Shown here piece after piece: positions 8,139-17,576 of a stretch of DNA of 64,000 nt. The stretch covers positions 33,938 to 97,937 of IMG/VR virus record IMGVR_UViG_3300013094_000025; one strand, 5' to 3'. The DNA comes from a virus. A program made the position numbers and the translations under genes. Below the pieces are notes generated by a model, which had not been told where the DNA came from, made no database searches, and saw only the letters and a program-made list of their open reading frames with translations. Position 1 is the first letter of the stretch. Each line of letters opens with the position of its first letter.

Positions 8139-8972
8139 ATGCCTAGAATCAAAACTAACGCCGATATCCCCGATATTCAGAATACTGTTGACGGGTTCCC
8201 TAAGAAGTACATCCCTAAGGTTGGTACCCGTGATGCAACGCTTCCCGTTAAGATCATCCGTAAGGATGGCACTGTTAACGAAGGCTCAGGAAAGTTTAGT
8301 ATGTATACTGACCTTACATCTGAAAATAAAGGTACGAACATGAGCCGTTATCGTATCCTTATTGAAGAGGTCGTAGCAAAGGATGGTTACTTTGTTCACG
8401 AAGTTATTAAGGATCTTCTTCATGAGTGTAAGTCACGACTTAAGTCAGATAATGCTTATGTTAAGATTAAGTTTGACTACTTCCTTAAACGTCAAGCTCC
8501 TGTATCAAAGATTGAGTCTCATATGGATTACCGAGCTAATATGGAAGGTAAGCTTGTTGATGGTAAGGAGCGTTTGTACCTAACTGTACACGTCATGTAT
8601 GCTTCACTCTGTCCTTGCTCTAAGGAGATCAGTGATTACGGAGCTCATAATCAACGATCAGTAGCTGACGTTACCGTTGAGCTTGATGAGTCAAAGGGTA
8701 TTATGTGGATTGAAGAGATTATTGATATTGTAGAGAAGTGCTCTTCAGCTCCGATTATTAACGCTCTTAAGCGTGTTGACGAAGCTTATCAAACTGAGCT
8801 TATGTACGAGAATCCAGTCTTTGTTGAGGATATGGTTCGTAAGGTAGCTGTTGAACTTGATAAGGAGCTTGATAACCGTATTAAGGACTATTCAGTTGTC
8901 GTTAATCACTTTGAGTCAATTCATACAGCAGTAGCCGTTGCGGTTATTAATGCTGGTAGGGAGCTAAAGTAA
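8139..8972 (+). CDS. folE2: GTP cyclohydrolase IB (FolE2)
   Basis: DIQN, KGTNMSR, SLCPCSKEISDYGAHNQR, KRVDE, NPVFVEDMVR, ESIH. Start set to ATG 8139, after a TGGACT-16-TATACT promoter. Confidence 0.93.
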   Translation: MPRIKTNADIPDIQNTVDGFPKKYIPKVGTRDATLPVKIIRKDGTVNEGSGKFSMYTDLTSENKGTNMSRYRILIEEVVAKDGYFVHEVIKDLLHECKSRLKSDNAYVKIKFDYFLKRQAPVSKIESHMDYRANMEGKLVDGKERLYLTVHVMYASLCPCSKEISDYGAHNQRSVADVTVELDESKGIMWIEEIIDIVEKCSSAPIINALKRVDEAYQTELMYENPVFVEDMVRKVAVELDKELDNRIKDYSVVVNHFESIHTAVAVAVINAGRELK

Positions 8973-8976
8973 TATT

Positions 8977-9465
8977 ATGGCCGTTTCTGAAGAACAATTA
9001 GCAGCGGCTATTATGGCCAAAATTACCGGTAACAATCTTAAAAAGATTGATGAGAGTTCTCTTACACCAGTAACCCCAGGTATGAACGCTAATAGACTCG
9101 ACCCTATGAGTTTTATTAGTCGTAATGTACCTACAGGCCCTACACCTCTTGAGATTCAAGCAATGCAGCAGGCTAATAGAGAAGCTGAAAGGTTGTACCC
9201 ACTACCTCAAGCAGACCTAGCACCTATCCCTCAAATGCCTCCAACAGCACCGCCACCGAATACTACATATAGTATACCTGCACCAGTGCCTGTATCTCAA
9301 CCAGCACCTGTTACGTTGTCTGAGTCAATTCTTACTCGAGAAGATATAGTTTCTATTAGAGCTCAGCTAGAAAAAACAAATGCTACGTTAACAAAAATGT
9401 CTGGTATGTTAGGAAAAGTATTTGCATCTTTTACAGAAAAGAATAAACTCAATAATAGTGACTAG
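8977..9465 (+). CDS. hypothetical proline-rich protein
   Basis: 162 aa ORF with a Pro-rich linker and C-terminal coiled coil. Confidence 0.7.
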   Translation: MAVSEEQLAAAIMAKITGNNLKKIDESSLTPVTPGMNANRLDPMSFISRNVPTGPTPLEIQAMQQANREAERLYPLPQADLAPIPQMPPTAPPPNTTYSIPAPVPVSQPAPVTLSESILTREDIVSIRAQLEKTNATLTKMSGMLGKVFASFTEKNKLNNSD

Positions 9466-10195
9466 TACTATTACAGTTAATAAAGAACTTTTTGTACAAA
9501 AGTTTTTACTCCCTATTAGTAAATTAGCAGATAATATATCTCTAATTCCTGAAGGTAAAGAACTATACGCCGTTTGTTCCTCCCAGGACGGTAGTATAGT
9601 TCTACTTGCCTCTTTAACTCTAGATTTACCAATTGAGGGTATTGTCAAAATTAATTTACCTGATGTTAAAAAATTTGTACGATTACTTGAGTGTATTGAA
9701 GATAGCTATATTGAATTAACTATTGAAGACAATCATATAAAGTATCATACACCTAGTTTTAAGTTTAACTATTATTTACTTGAAGATAGTTACATGCAGA
9801 GATGCCCAGTTAATCCTACTAAGATTAAAACTCTAAAATACGATTCAGGTTTTATATTACAAAATATTAAATTTAATGAAATTCTTAAAGGCAGTTCTAT
9901 AGCTACAGATTCAGATAAGCTTTATTTCTATACAAAAAATGATGAAGTATATGCTGAGTTAAATGATTACGAAAGACAGAATATTAATAATCTCACTTAT
10001 CTTGTAACTGATAAGTTTGTAGGTGAACCTATTAAGAATGCTCTTCCGTTAAATCTTGAAAATGTTCGTATGCTTGCCGGTCTTAAGGCAGCTAGTATAT
10101 CTGTAAAAATTAATAATACATTAAAGGTAACTCTTTTTGAGGTAACAGATCAAAATGTTAATATAAAGTTTGTTATATCTGCACTTGTAAAATAA
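9458..10195 (+). CDS. gp45: DNA polymerase sliding clamp (T4 gp45-like)
   Basis: About 245 aa two-domain beta-rich pattern, INLPDVKKFVRLL (cf. IYDLxxFL), C-terminal FVISAL. GTG start at 9458 overlaps the upstream stop. Confidence 0.7.
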   Translation: MTSTITVNKELFVQKFLLPISKLADNISLIPEGKELYAVCSSQDGSIVLLASLTLDLPIEGIVKINLPDVKKFVRLLECIEDSYIELTIEDNHIKYHTPSFKFNYYLLEDSYMQRCPVNPTKIKTLKYDSGFILQNIKFNEILKGSSIATDSDKLYFYTKNDEVYAELNDYERQNINNLTYLVTDKFVGEPIKNALPLNLENVRMLAGLKAASISVKINNTLKVTLFEVTDQNVNIKFVISALVK

Positions 10196-10220
10196 AGAGT
10201 ATACGTATAAATTACTCTAT

Positions 10221-10571
10221 ATGTCAAACAAACTAACTACCCTAGGTTATACTCTTAAAAGACTACGTGATAGCGGATACTACGCTCATAGACTCTTTAC
10301 TGAGTATAGTGAAATAGATCCTCGAGCCTGGACAATAGTTATTGACCCAGGTGTAGCTTCTATCTTTTGTACTTGTTATATTAATGATCCGTATATTGGA
10401 GAATCATATTTTGAATTGTTTGACGGAGGTCAGTTTATACCAGGTAGATTGAAGCTTAAGACTAGCTCTCATGAAGTGTTAGTAGAGCATCTAGTTAAGT
10501 TTGGTATTAATAATAAGGCACCAGGATACAATGAAAAAGGACAGACAGTTTCCTTACAAGGAAAAGAATAA
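10221..10571 (+). CDS. hypothetical protein
   Basis: 116 aa ORF with typical codon usage and its own promoter-like upstream region. Confidence 0.7.
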   Translation: MSNKLTTLGYTLKRLRDSGYYAHRLFTEYSEIDPRAWTIVIDPGVASIFCTCYINDPYIGESYFELFDGGQFIPGRLKLKTSSHEVLVEHLVKFGINNKAPGYNEKGQTVSLQGKE

Positions 10572-10581
10572 GTATCTATGT

Positions 10582-10956
10582 ATGTCTACAGACGAGCCAA
10601 ATAAAAAGAAGATCTCTAAAAAAAGAACTTCTAAAAAATCTATATCTCCAAAGCTTAGTGCTACAGATATAGAACAAGGTGTACCTATAGAGAAAAACCT
10701 ACATGTTGAGGACGTAATTAAGCAAGCGTTTTTACGCTTCTACGATAATGCCTCTATTAAAGGTTCTAAGGTAAAAGATTTAGAGCATCTTGATGCTATA
10801 ACTCAAGAGTATTTAGATTCATATATGATCTTAGGTTATGATATAAACGGTGAAAAGGTGTCTATCATGCATGCTGAAAACCCACATGATAGAGATGCTT
10901 TAGTTGAACATCTTCGTACTACTCTTCTTAACTTTCTTAATCCTAACGAACGTTAA
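10582..10956 (+). CDS. hypothetical protein
   Basis: ORF track 10501..10956; likely start at ATG 10582 after a TAAGTA box. Confidence 0.65.
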   Translation: MSTDEPNKKKISKKRTSKKSISPKLSATDIEQGVPIEKNLHVEDVIKQAFLRFYDNASIKGSKVKDLEHLDAITQEYLDSYMILGYDINGEKVSIMHAENPHDRDALVEHLRTTLLNFLNPNER

Positions 10957-10992
10957 TTGGTTTAAGTACTTACCATGCCTTAAATAAAACGC

Positions 10993-12750
10993 ATGGAAGA
11001 TGATATCATTGAAAATCCTATAGATGATAAACAGTATTATCGAGGAGATAAAAATGTACCAAAGGAAGACGCTCAATTTGAGTGGACCCCTAAGATGGTT
11101 AAGGAGATAAAAAAGTGTAAAGAGGATATTGTACATTTTGCTGAAAGTCATTTCTATATTGTAAACCTTGATAGAGGTAAAGAAAAAATTGATTTATATA
11201 AAGCTCAAAAGAGAGCTCTTAAGAGCCTAGCTGATAATAGGTTTGTTAGTGTACTAGCCTCCCGTCAGTGCGGTAAAACAACTATTACCACTATCTATGC
11301 TCTTTGGAATACTTGTTTCTATGACGATCAGAGAGTTATTATTGTAGCTAACAAAGAGAGTACTGCTATCAATATTTTTAAACGTATTCGCATGGCCTAT
11401 GAAATGCTTCCTAACTATTTAAAACCTGGTGTTAAAGAATACGGTAAAACAGGTGTAACCTTTGCGAACGGTTCTAGTATTGGTATTAGTACAACAACAA
11501 GTACAGCGGCAAGAGGTGATTCTGCTTCCATTCTTTGTATTGACGAGGCTGCCTTTATCGATCAGAACTTTATGGAGGAATTCTGGAAATCAGTTATTCC
11601 TATTATCTCTTCTGGTAAGAAAACAAAAATCTTTATGGTTAGTACTCCAAATGGCACTGGTAATAAGTTCTATGAAATTTATTCAGGAGCTGAAAAAGGA
11701 ACTAATGGATGGAAGGCTGAACGTATCGACTGGTGGGATGTTCCAGGGAGAGGAGAAAAATGGCGTAAGCAAATGGCCAATACCTTAGGTTCTGATGAAG
11801 CCTTTCAACAAGAATTCGGTAACACGTTTTTAGATCCGTATAATTCAGCTGTTGGTGCTTCTGTTATTGAGCGATTTAAAGAAAAGAAAAAGAAACCTAT
11901 TTGGGATGCTGAAGAAGGTCATTATAAAGTTTATGAAGCTCCTGACCCTAATAAGCTATATGTAATCGGGGTGGACGTAGGAGAGGGTATTGGAAGAGCT
12001 GCAACAGTAGCACAAGTTTTAGATATAACTGATTTAAAAGAAATTAAACAAGTAGCTGTTTTTGGTACAAATATTATTGAACCCTATCATTACTCTAATA
12101 AACTTGTTATATTAGCTAATCAATGGGGTAACCCCCCACTGTTAGTTGAGAGAAATAATTGTGGCGGTCAAATTATAGATAATCTCTTTCATAAACATTT
12201 CTATGAAAAAATAGTTAGTTGTTCAAAACTAGCTAATACAGGCTCATTTTCTAATACTAGACACTTAGGTATATTAAGTCATAATAATCTTAGGTTTGCT
12301 GGTGTAGCTAACATGCGTTATTGGGTTAACTTTCTTCAAGTAGTTCATATTAATGATACAGATACTATTCAGGAACTTGAAACGTTTATTAGGTATCCGA
12401 ACGGTACATATAGAAAGAAAAATGATAATTTTTATGACGATCGAGTGATGGCTTTAGTCTGGGGGTTATTTGCCTTAGAACCTGATATATGTCAGCAATA
12501 TTTTCAAGTAGATGAATTTGATGAACAAAATAAACCTTTAAAGTTATCTAAAATGTACTATGATGAGGTAAACCCGAGCCAATTTGTTTTAGGAGAGCTA
12601 TCTACAACAGGTAATGTAACTAATATAGGAGGTGAAACAACAGAAAAATATCAATCATTAATGTCCGATGTTGATATGAACAGGGCTTTAGACAAAGAAG
12701 ATTATTGGGATCTATTAAATAATGGATGGACTACACTCCATAATTCATGA
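10993..12750 (+). CDS. gp17: terminase large subunit (T4 gp17-like)
   Basis: Walker A SRQCGKT, Walker B CIDEAAF, STPNG, nuclease GVDVGEG and DDRVMA. Confidence 0.96.
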   Translation: MEDDIIENPIDDKQYYRGDKNVPKEDAQFEWTPKMVKEIKKCKEDIVHFAESHFYIVNLDRGKEKIDLYKAQKRALKSLADNRFVSVLASRQCGKTTITTIYALWNTCFYDDQRVIIVANKESTAINIFKRIRMAYEMLPNYLKPGVKEYGKTGVTFANGSSIGISTTTSTAARGDSASILCIDEAAFIDQNFMEEFWKSVIPIISSGKKTKIFMVSTPNGTGNKFYEIYSGAEKGTNGWKAERIDWWDVPGRGEKWRKQMANTLGSDEAFQQEFGNTFLDPYNSAVGASVIERFKEKKKKPIWDAEEGHYKVYEAPDPNKLYVIGVDVGEGIGRAATVAQVLDITDLKEIKQVAVFGTNIIEPYHYSNKLVILANQWGNPPLLVERNNCGGQIIDNLFHKHFYEKIVSCSKLANTGSFSNTRHLGILSHNNLRFAGVANMRYWVNFLQVVHINDTDTIQELETFIRYPNGTYRKKNDNFYDDRVMALVWGLFALEPDICQQYFQVDEFDEQNKPLKLSKMYYDEVNPSQFVLGELSTTGNVTNIGGETTEKYQSLMSDVDMNRALDKEDYWDLLNNGWTTLHNS

Positions 12751-13340
12751 CAACTTCTATTAACCCGACTCAGCAATCTGTTTTAAACGTACCAAGTAAG
12801 GATAAGTTTTTACTTGTACTCAACCTTCCCTCTATTTTAAAACAGCAAGCACAAACTGATAGTACTATTAGTTTAGAACCTTTAGAAATAAAAGTGTACG
12901 GGACCGTAGTACCAACTATACAAGTACCTTCTAATGAAGTTCGTTTTGGAGGACAATCTCACCATGTATCTAGTTATAGTCGCCCAGCTTACGAGCCTTT
13001 AAATGTTAACTTTACTGTTGATAATGGATTTAAAAATTATTGGCTACTTTGGAAATGGTTAGCTCTTTTAAATGACCCTCTAGGTAGCTATTACAACGGT
13101 ACACCTCTTCAAAATTTACCAAATAATACAAATATACAATCAGGCTCCATAGCAGAATATTGTACTACGTTCTCTATTTTCGGCTTAGATGAATATAATA
13201 ATCAGGTTATTGAATTTATTTATTATAATGCGTTTATAACTAATTTAGGATCTATAGAATATAGTTATAGAACACCTGAATATATTGAATCTACTGTGCA
13301 ATTTCAATTCAGTCAATTGAATATCAACCTTCTAAGTTAA
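12747..13340 (+). CDS. tail completion / tube terminator (T4 gp3-like, tube fold)
   Basis: YEPLNVNFTVDNGFKNYWLLWKW and NAFITNLGSIEY are typical gp3/gp19-family motifs. Confidence 0.7.
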   Translation: MTTSINPTQQSVLNVPSKDKFLLVLNLPSILKQQAQTDSTISLEPLEIKVYGTVVPTIQVPSNEVRFGGQSHHVSSYSRPAYEPLNVNFTVDNGFKNYWLLWKWLALLNDPLGSYYNGTPLQNLPNNTNIQSGSIAEYCTTFSIFGLDEYNNQVIEFIYYNAFITNLGSIEYSYRTPEYIESTVQFQFSQLNINLLS

Positions 13341-13360
13341 AAAAATAATCTGTTAGAGCA

Positions 13361-13366
13361 TAAATA
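13361..13366 (+). promoter_or_regulatory. T4-like late promoter (TAAATA) of tail sheath gene
   Basis: CATAAATA 11 nt before ATG; the same box recurs before about 20 late genes. Confidence 0.7.
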
Positions 13367-13377
13367 ATAATAACAAT

Positions 13378-15516
13378 ATGGCACTTTCAATTCAATCACC
13401 CGGCGTTCAAATTATTGAAACCGACTTATCGCAGACAGTTACTCTACCAGTAGGTACTAGCGTATATGTTGCAGGTTTCGCTTCTCAAGGTCCTACTGAC
13501 GAAGTAATACAGATTACTTCGATTTCCGAATTTGAATCAATTTTCGGTACACCGACAAACGCTGCTGAGAGTTATTTTTATTATAATTGCCAAGCTGTTC
13601 TTAATTCAAGCGGGAATCTTCTAACTACACGTCTTCCATACGGTTCTGGTAACGGTTTAGGATTTGCTGCTACATATAGTGCCCTTGTTTACCCAGTTGT
13701 TTCTGCTTCAACAGGATTTACTATTGGTTCTCCAGTTCACCAGACACTCACTCAGAGCCAGTACTTAGCAATTCAGCAGAGTAACTTTACATGGGGTGTT
13801 ACCAATCCTGCTACTGTAGGTATCGGTACTCAGAATAATGCAGTACAGATCAACGGTGGTCTTATTGTTCTTAACGACGCTCAAACAGCTGTTGATGAAT
13901 ACAATCAAGGCTATTACGTAAACATTGCAGACAATACAAATTGGGGGCCAACCTCTCCTTACACTGAAGTTATTAACGTCGTTGGTCTTTCTGCTCAAGA
14001 CACTTTCCAGACAGTACCTCCTTCAAGCTTAGCTTTCACCTTAACAGCCGCTTATGGAACACAAGGTAGTTCAATATCTCAGGTTATTGAATCAGTACCA
14101 ACATACAACTTTGGTAATGCTAGCTATAATGATTCTCTTGTATTAACACTCTTCAAGATTCGTAAGTCAACTTATCAACCTAACGTTCTCACATATTCGT
14201 TAGTAGAGTCTTATATCGGTTCGTTAAATTCTAATCGTACAATTAACGCTCCTACAGGAGGTGCACCTCAGTCCTTCTACTTACAGAATCTTGTTAACAA
14301 TAATTCTAATAATATAGGTCTTTTTGTTAACCCAACTATTTCAACCTTTACTAATTGGACATCTCTTTCTGGTAGCATTCCAGGACAAACAGTAAGAGTT
14401 GCTACTTCAGCAGCAAATCTTTATGCTGAAGGTGTATATAATCCAACATATACAACTAACTCTGAAGTAATCGGTAGTGTCGATCAGAAGATCAGTCGTG
14501 CTCTTTCACTTGTTAGTGCACCTGAAACAACAACAGTTGATCTCGTAGTTGACGCTGGTTTATCAACAATATTTGCAAATACCTCTGGTGCCGGTTTAGG
14601 TACAAATGGTATACAAAATAATTACTACGACGACACAATTTACGCCGATGTTGCTTCTTTAAGCTCCTACGGTACATCAACTACATTACAGAATTGGAAT
14701 ACAATCTTTAATATATTCAACAACTTCTGTCAAAACACTCGTAAGGATTGTATGTTTATCGCCGATCCTTTAAGGCAGATATTCGTTAACGGTGCTAATA
14801 CAAAAACATTAGATAACCCTAGCAATAACTTTACATTAAACATCTATAACCCATTACAGAATTCATTAGCTAATGTTGATACAAACTACGCTGCAATTTA
14901 CGGTAATTGGTTAAAAGTTTATAATGCTTTCTCAAATAACTATATTTGGGTACCAGCTTCAGGATACGCTGCTGCTACATATGCTAATTCCGATGCTGCT
15001 TCTCAGCCCTGGTACGCTCCAGCTGGTTTAAATCGCGGACAGTTACAGAACGTAACTGACATTGCTTTTAATCCTAATCAGAAGCAACGTGATTACCTCT
15101 ATACAATTAGTGTTAACCCGATTGCACTCTTCAACGGTGAAGGTTACGTATTATTTGGTCAAAAGACATTACAGGCTTTACCATCTGCTTTTGATCGTAT
15201 TAACGTTCGTCGTTTATTCTTAGTACTTGAAAGAGCTACTAATAAGGCTTTAAAATACTTTGTATTTGAGCCTAATACAGTCTTTACACGTACACGTCTC
15301 GTAAATACAATTAATCCGTTGTTTGACCTCGCTAAAAATACACAAGGCTTATACGACTACTTGGTTGTTTGCGACACTAGAAACAATCCTCCAGCTGTAA
15401 TTGATAACAATCAATTAAACGTTGATATCTATATCAAACCAGTTCGTGCTGCAGAGTTTATTTTGGTAAACTTTATAGCTACAACAACAGGTCAAAACTT
15501 TAGCGAATTAATCTAA
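13378..15516 (+). CDS. gp18: tail sheath protein (T4 gp18-like)
   Basis: SPGV N-terminus, PWYAPAGLNRG, GQKT, SAFDRINVRRLF, FEPN, YIKPVRAAEFI. Confidence 0.96.
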   Translation: MALSIQSPGVQIIETDLSQTVTLPVGTSVYVAGFASQGPTDEVIQITSISEFESIFGTPTNAAESYFYYNCQAVLNSSGNLLTTRLPYGSGNGLGFAATYSALVYPVVSASTGFTIGSPVHQTLTQSQYLAIQQSNFTWGVTNPATVGIGTQNNAVQINGGLIVLNDAQTAVDEYNQGYYVNIADNTNWGPTSPYTEVINVVGLSAQDTFQTVPPSSLAFTLTAAYGTQGSSISQVIESVPTYNFGNASYNDSLVLTLFKIRKSTYQPNVLTYSLVESYIGSLNSNRTINAPTGGAPQSFYLQNLVNNNSNNIGLFVNPTISTFTNWTSLSGSIPGQTVRVATSAANLYAEGVYNPTYTTNSEVIGSVDQKISRALSLVSAPETTTVDLVVDAGLSTIFANTSGAGLGTNGIQNNYYDDTIYADVASLSSYGTSTTLQNWNTIFNIFNNFCQNTRKDCMFIADPLRQIFVNGANTKTLDNPSNNFTLNIYNPLQNSLANVDTNYAAIYGNWLKVYNAFSNNYIWVPASGYAAATYANSDAASQPWYAPAGLNRGQLQNVTDIAFNPNQKQRDYLYTISVNPIALFNGEGYVLFGQKTLQALPSAFDRINVRRLFLVLERATNKALKYFVFEPNTVFTRTRLVNTINPLFDLAKNTQGLYDYLVVCDTRNNPPAVIDNNQLNVDIYIKPVRAAEFILVNFIATTTGQNFSELI

Positions 15517-15531
15517 TAAATATATAAAATT

Positions 15532-16128
15532 ATGTCACAAACCATCTCCGACTTCTACACATCAGTACAAGCTAACGATTTTGCAAGACAGTTTCAGTTC
15601 CGTGTAAACGGTACTTTTGCAAATATCGATTTTGCAGAATCTCAGCTTGTATACATCGAATCTGCAGCTCTTCCAGGAAGAGCTATTAACAACGTTGCAG
15701 TTCCTTTTATGGGATTAAACTTCAACGTTCCAGGTACAGCTAGTTACCCAGGTTCAGAAGGCTGGCAGGTTACTTTCCGTTGCGATCAAAATTATAATAT
15801 TCGTACAGCCTTAGAAAATGCTACTATCGGTACATTCGATGATAGTTCTTCTACAGGTTCATATAATATTGCTGGTCCTGGTAGTACTATCTCACTTGAC
15901 TTACTCGGTAAATCTCTTGGTGGTCCTGATGGCCCTGTTGTTGTTCGTAGATATAATCTTATAGGTGCTTATATTGTTTCATTAGGAGATATTACATATA
16001 ATCTCGGAGATAATGGAACAATTGTTACATTCCCTGCAACAATTGCTTATCAATACTGGAGAGTTAGCGCTGGTGGCGGAGCTTTAAACCCTAATACTAA
16101 CTTTGCAGTAGGTAACGTTTTACCATAG
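15532..16128 (+). CDS. gp19: tail tube protein (T4 gp19-like)
   Basis: Follows the sheath gene; AALPG, VPFMG, WQVTF, FPATIAYQYW; TAAATA at 15517-15522. Confidence 0.9.
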   Translation: MSQTISDFYTSVQANDFARQFQFRVNGTFANIDFAESQLVYIESAALPGRAINNVAVPFMGLNFNVPGTASYPGSEGWQVTFRCDQNYNIRTALENATIGTFDDSSSTGSYNIAGPGSTISLDLLGKSLGGPDGPVVVRRYNLIGAYIVSLGDITYNLGDNGTIVTFPATIAYQYWRVSAGGGALNPNTNFAVGNVLP

Positions 16129-16159
16129 TCTAGATTTTAGCAATAAGTAATATTGCTAT

Positions 16160-17545
16160 ATGTCAACTCCAACAGGTGACTCAAGTCTAGGTGGTCAGAT
16201 ACCATACTTTTTAAGTAATTTTTTAAGTAAGCCTGCTAGTGCTTTACCTAAAGGAGCTCAATGGGTATTACATTTTTTAGGTAATGGTTATACAGGTAGT
16301 AATAATACGCCTCAGTTAATACCTACAGATGCTATTAAACTTGGTATAAGCTATGAACCTAATGTAGCTAACTCTTGGAAAATACAACAAGCATTAGATT
16401 TAGTTACAACAAATGAGTACATAGAAACAAAAGGTTGTTTATTCGTACAAGCTGTACAAATACCAGGTGAGGGCAATCAAGTTAATCCGGAAGGTTTAAT
16501 GTTTAATGGGTATATTAGAGGTACAATAGGTGCTGGTAGAGAACCTTATAATGGTATGCAGATAGTGTTTCTTGAAACAAATGTTAGTTTTGTTGATAAT
16601 GTTATTAGACCCTGGACAATTGCTACATCTCATTTAGGTATGATTGCTAGACCTGGAGGAAGTAATTATCGTTGTAATATAGCTGTTTATAAACTCGGTG
16701 TTACCGATCAACAGTCCCCGCCAGTTATTTTACAAAAATATACTTTTTACGGAGCTTGTCCTACAACTATTGACGGAGAAGAATATAACTACGCTGTTTC
16801 TAATACGCCTACTAATCGTAACACTACATTTACATATTATTATTATACGTTAGACACTATTTACGATGGAGCTGAGTTTTTTATTAATAATAAAAATCCT
16901 AATGCTGATAGCAGTAGTAGCACAAGCCCTGATTACGGTAAGATAAAAGCTACTGAATCTATGGTTACACATGTACAGCCACATATACAAGCTACTGAAT
17001 CTATGGTTACACATGTACAGCCACATATACAAGCTAGTACTCCTTCCTCTGATATAAAACACGGTTCATTAGAAATTCAACCTATAGCTCCTCAAGGAAG
17101 TCTTGTAGGAGAAATTTTACAAACAATATCTAATCTTATTATACCATTTAATTTCTTTACTCCTCCTTTAGAAACTTTTATAGTAGCACCAGAAATAATA
17201 ACACCTAATCCGCCTCCTGTTATAGTACCACCTACAAGTACGGTCTCGAACACATCAAATACTATAATAGCTGATACTGCTGTTACTTCAACAACGACTC
17301 CAACAATACAAGCTGATACTGTTGTACAGCCTTCTACAATATCTTCAATACAAGCTAATAACAAATCTGAGACAACAGTAACACCCACTATAATAGCACA
17401 AAATGAAACTGCTAATTTAGATAAATTAGCTAAACAAAATATTTTAAATATCGGAGTAACTTCTTCTCCACCAGTAGTAAAACCTATAGTTTTACAAACT
17501 ATTTCTAGAGCTCAAGCTGAATCCCAAGTAGCTGTAAAAGTATAG
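16160..17545 (+). CDS. tube-fold baseplate tail-tube initiator (gp54-like) with long low-complexity C-terminal extension
   Basis: N-terminal about 235 aa with AVQIPGE, FLETN, YTFYGACPT, TFTYYYY tube-fold motifs; P/T/S-rich tail. Confidence 0.6.
   Translation: MSTPTGDSSLGGQIPYFLSNFLSKPASALPKGAQWVLHFLGNGYTGSNNTPQLIPTDAIKLGISYEPNVANSWKIQQALDLVTTNEYIETKGCLFVQAVQIPGEGNQVNPEGLMFNGYIRGTIGAGREPYNGMQIVFLETNVSFVDNVIRPWTIATSHLGMIARPGGSNYRCNIAVYKLGVTDQQSPPVILQKYTFYGACPTTIDGEEYNYAVSNTPTNRNTTFTYYYYTLDTIYDGAEFFINNKNPNADSSSSTSPDYGKIKATESMVTHVQPHIQATESMVTHVQPHIQASTPSSDIKHGSLEIQPIAPQGSLVGEILQTISNLIIPFNFFTPPLETFIVAPEIITPNPPPVIVPPTSTVSNTSNTIIADTAVTSTTTPTIQADTVVQPSTISSIQANNKSETTVTPTIIAQNETANLDKLAKQNILNIGVTSSPPVVKPIVLQTISRAQAESQVAVKV
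16947..17036 (+). repeat. perfect in-frame 42-bp tandem duplication (ATESMVTHVQPHIQ x2)
   Basis: aagctactgaatctatggttacacatgtacagccacatatac twice, plus aagcta. Confidence 0.95.
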
Positions 17546-17576
17546 AATTTTTAACATACATTATATAAGTTAATAG

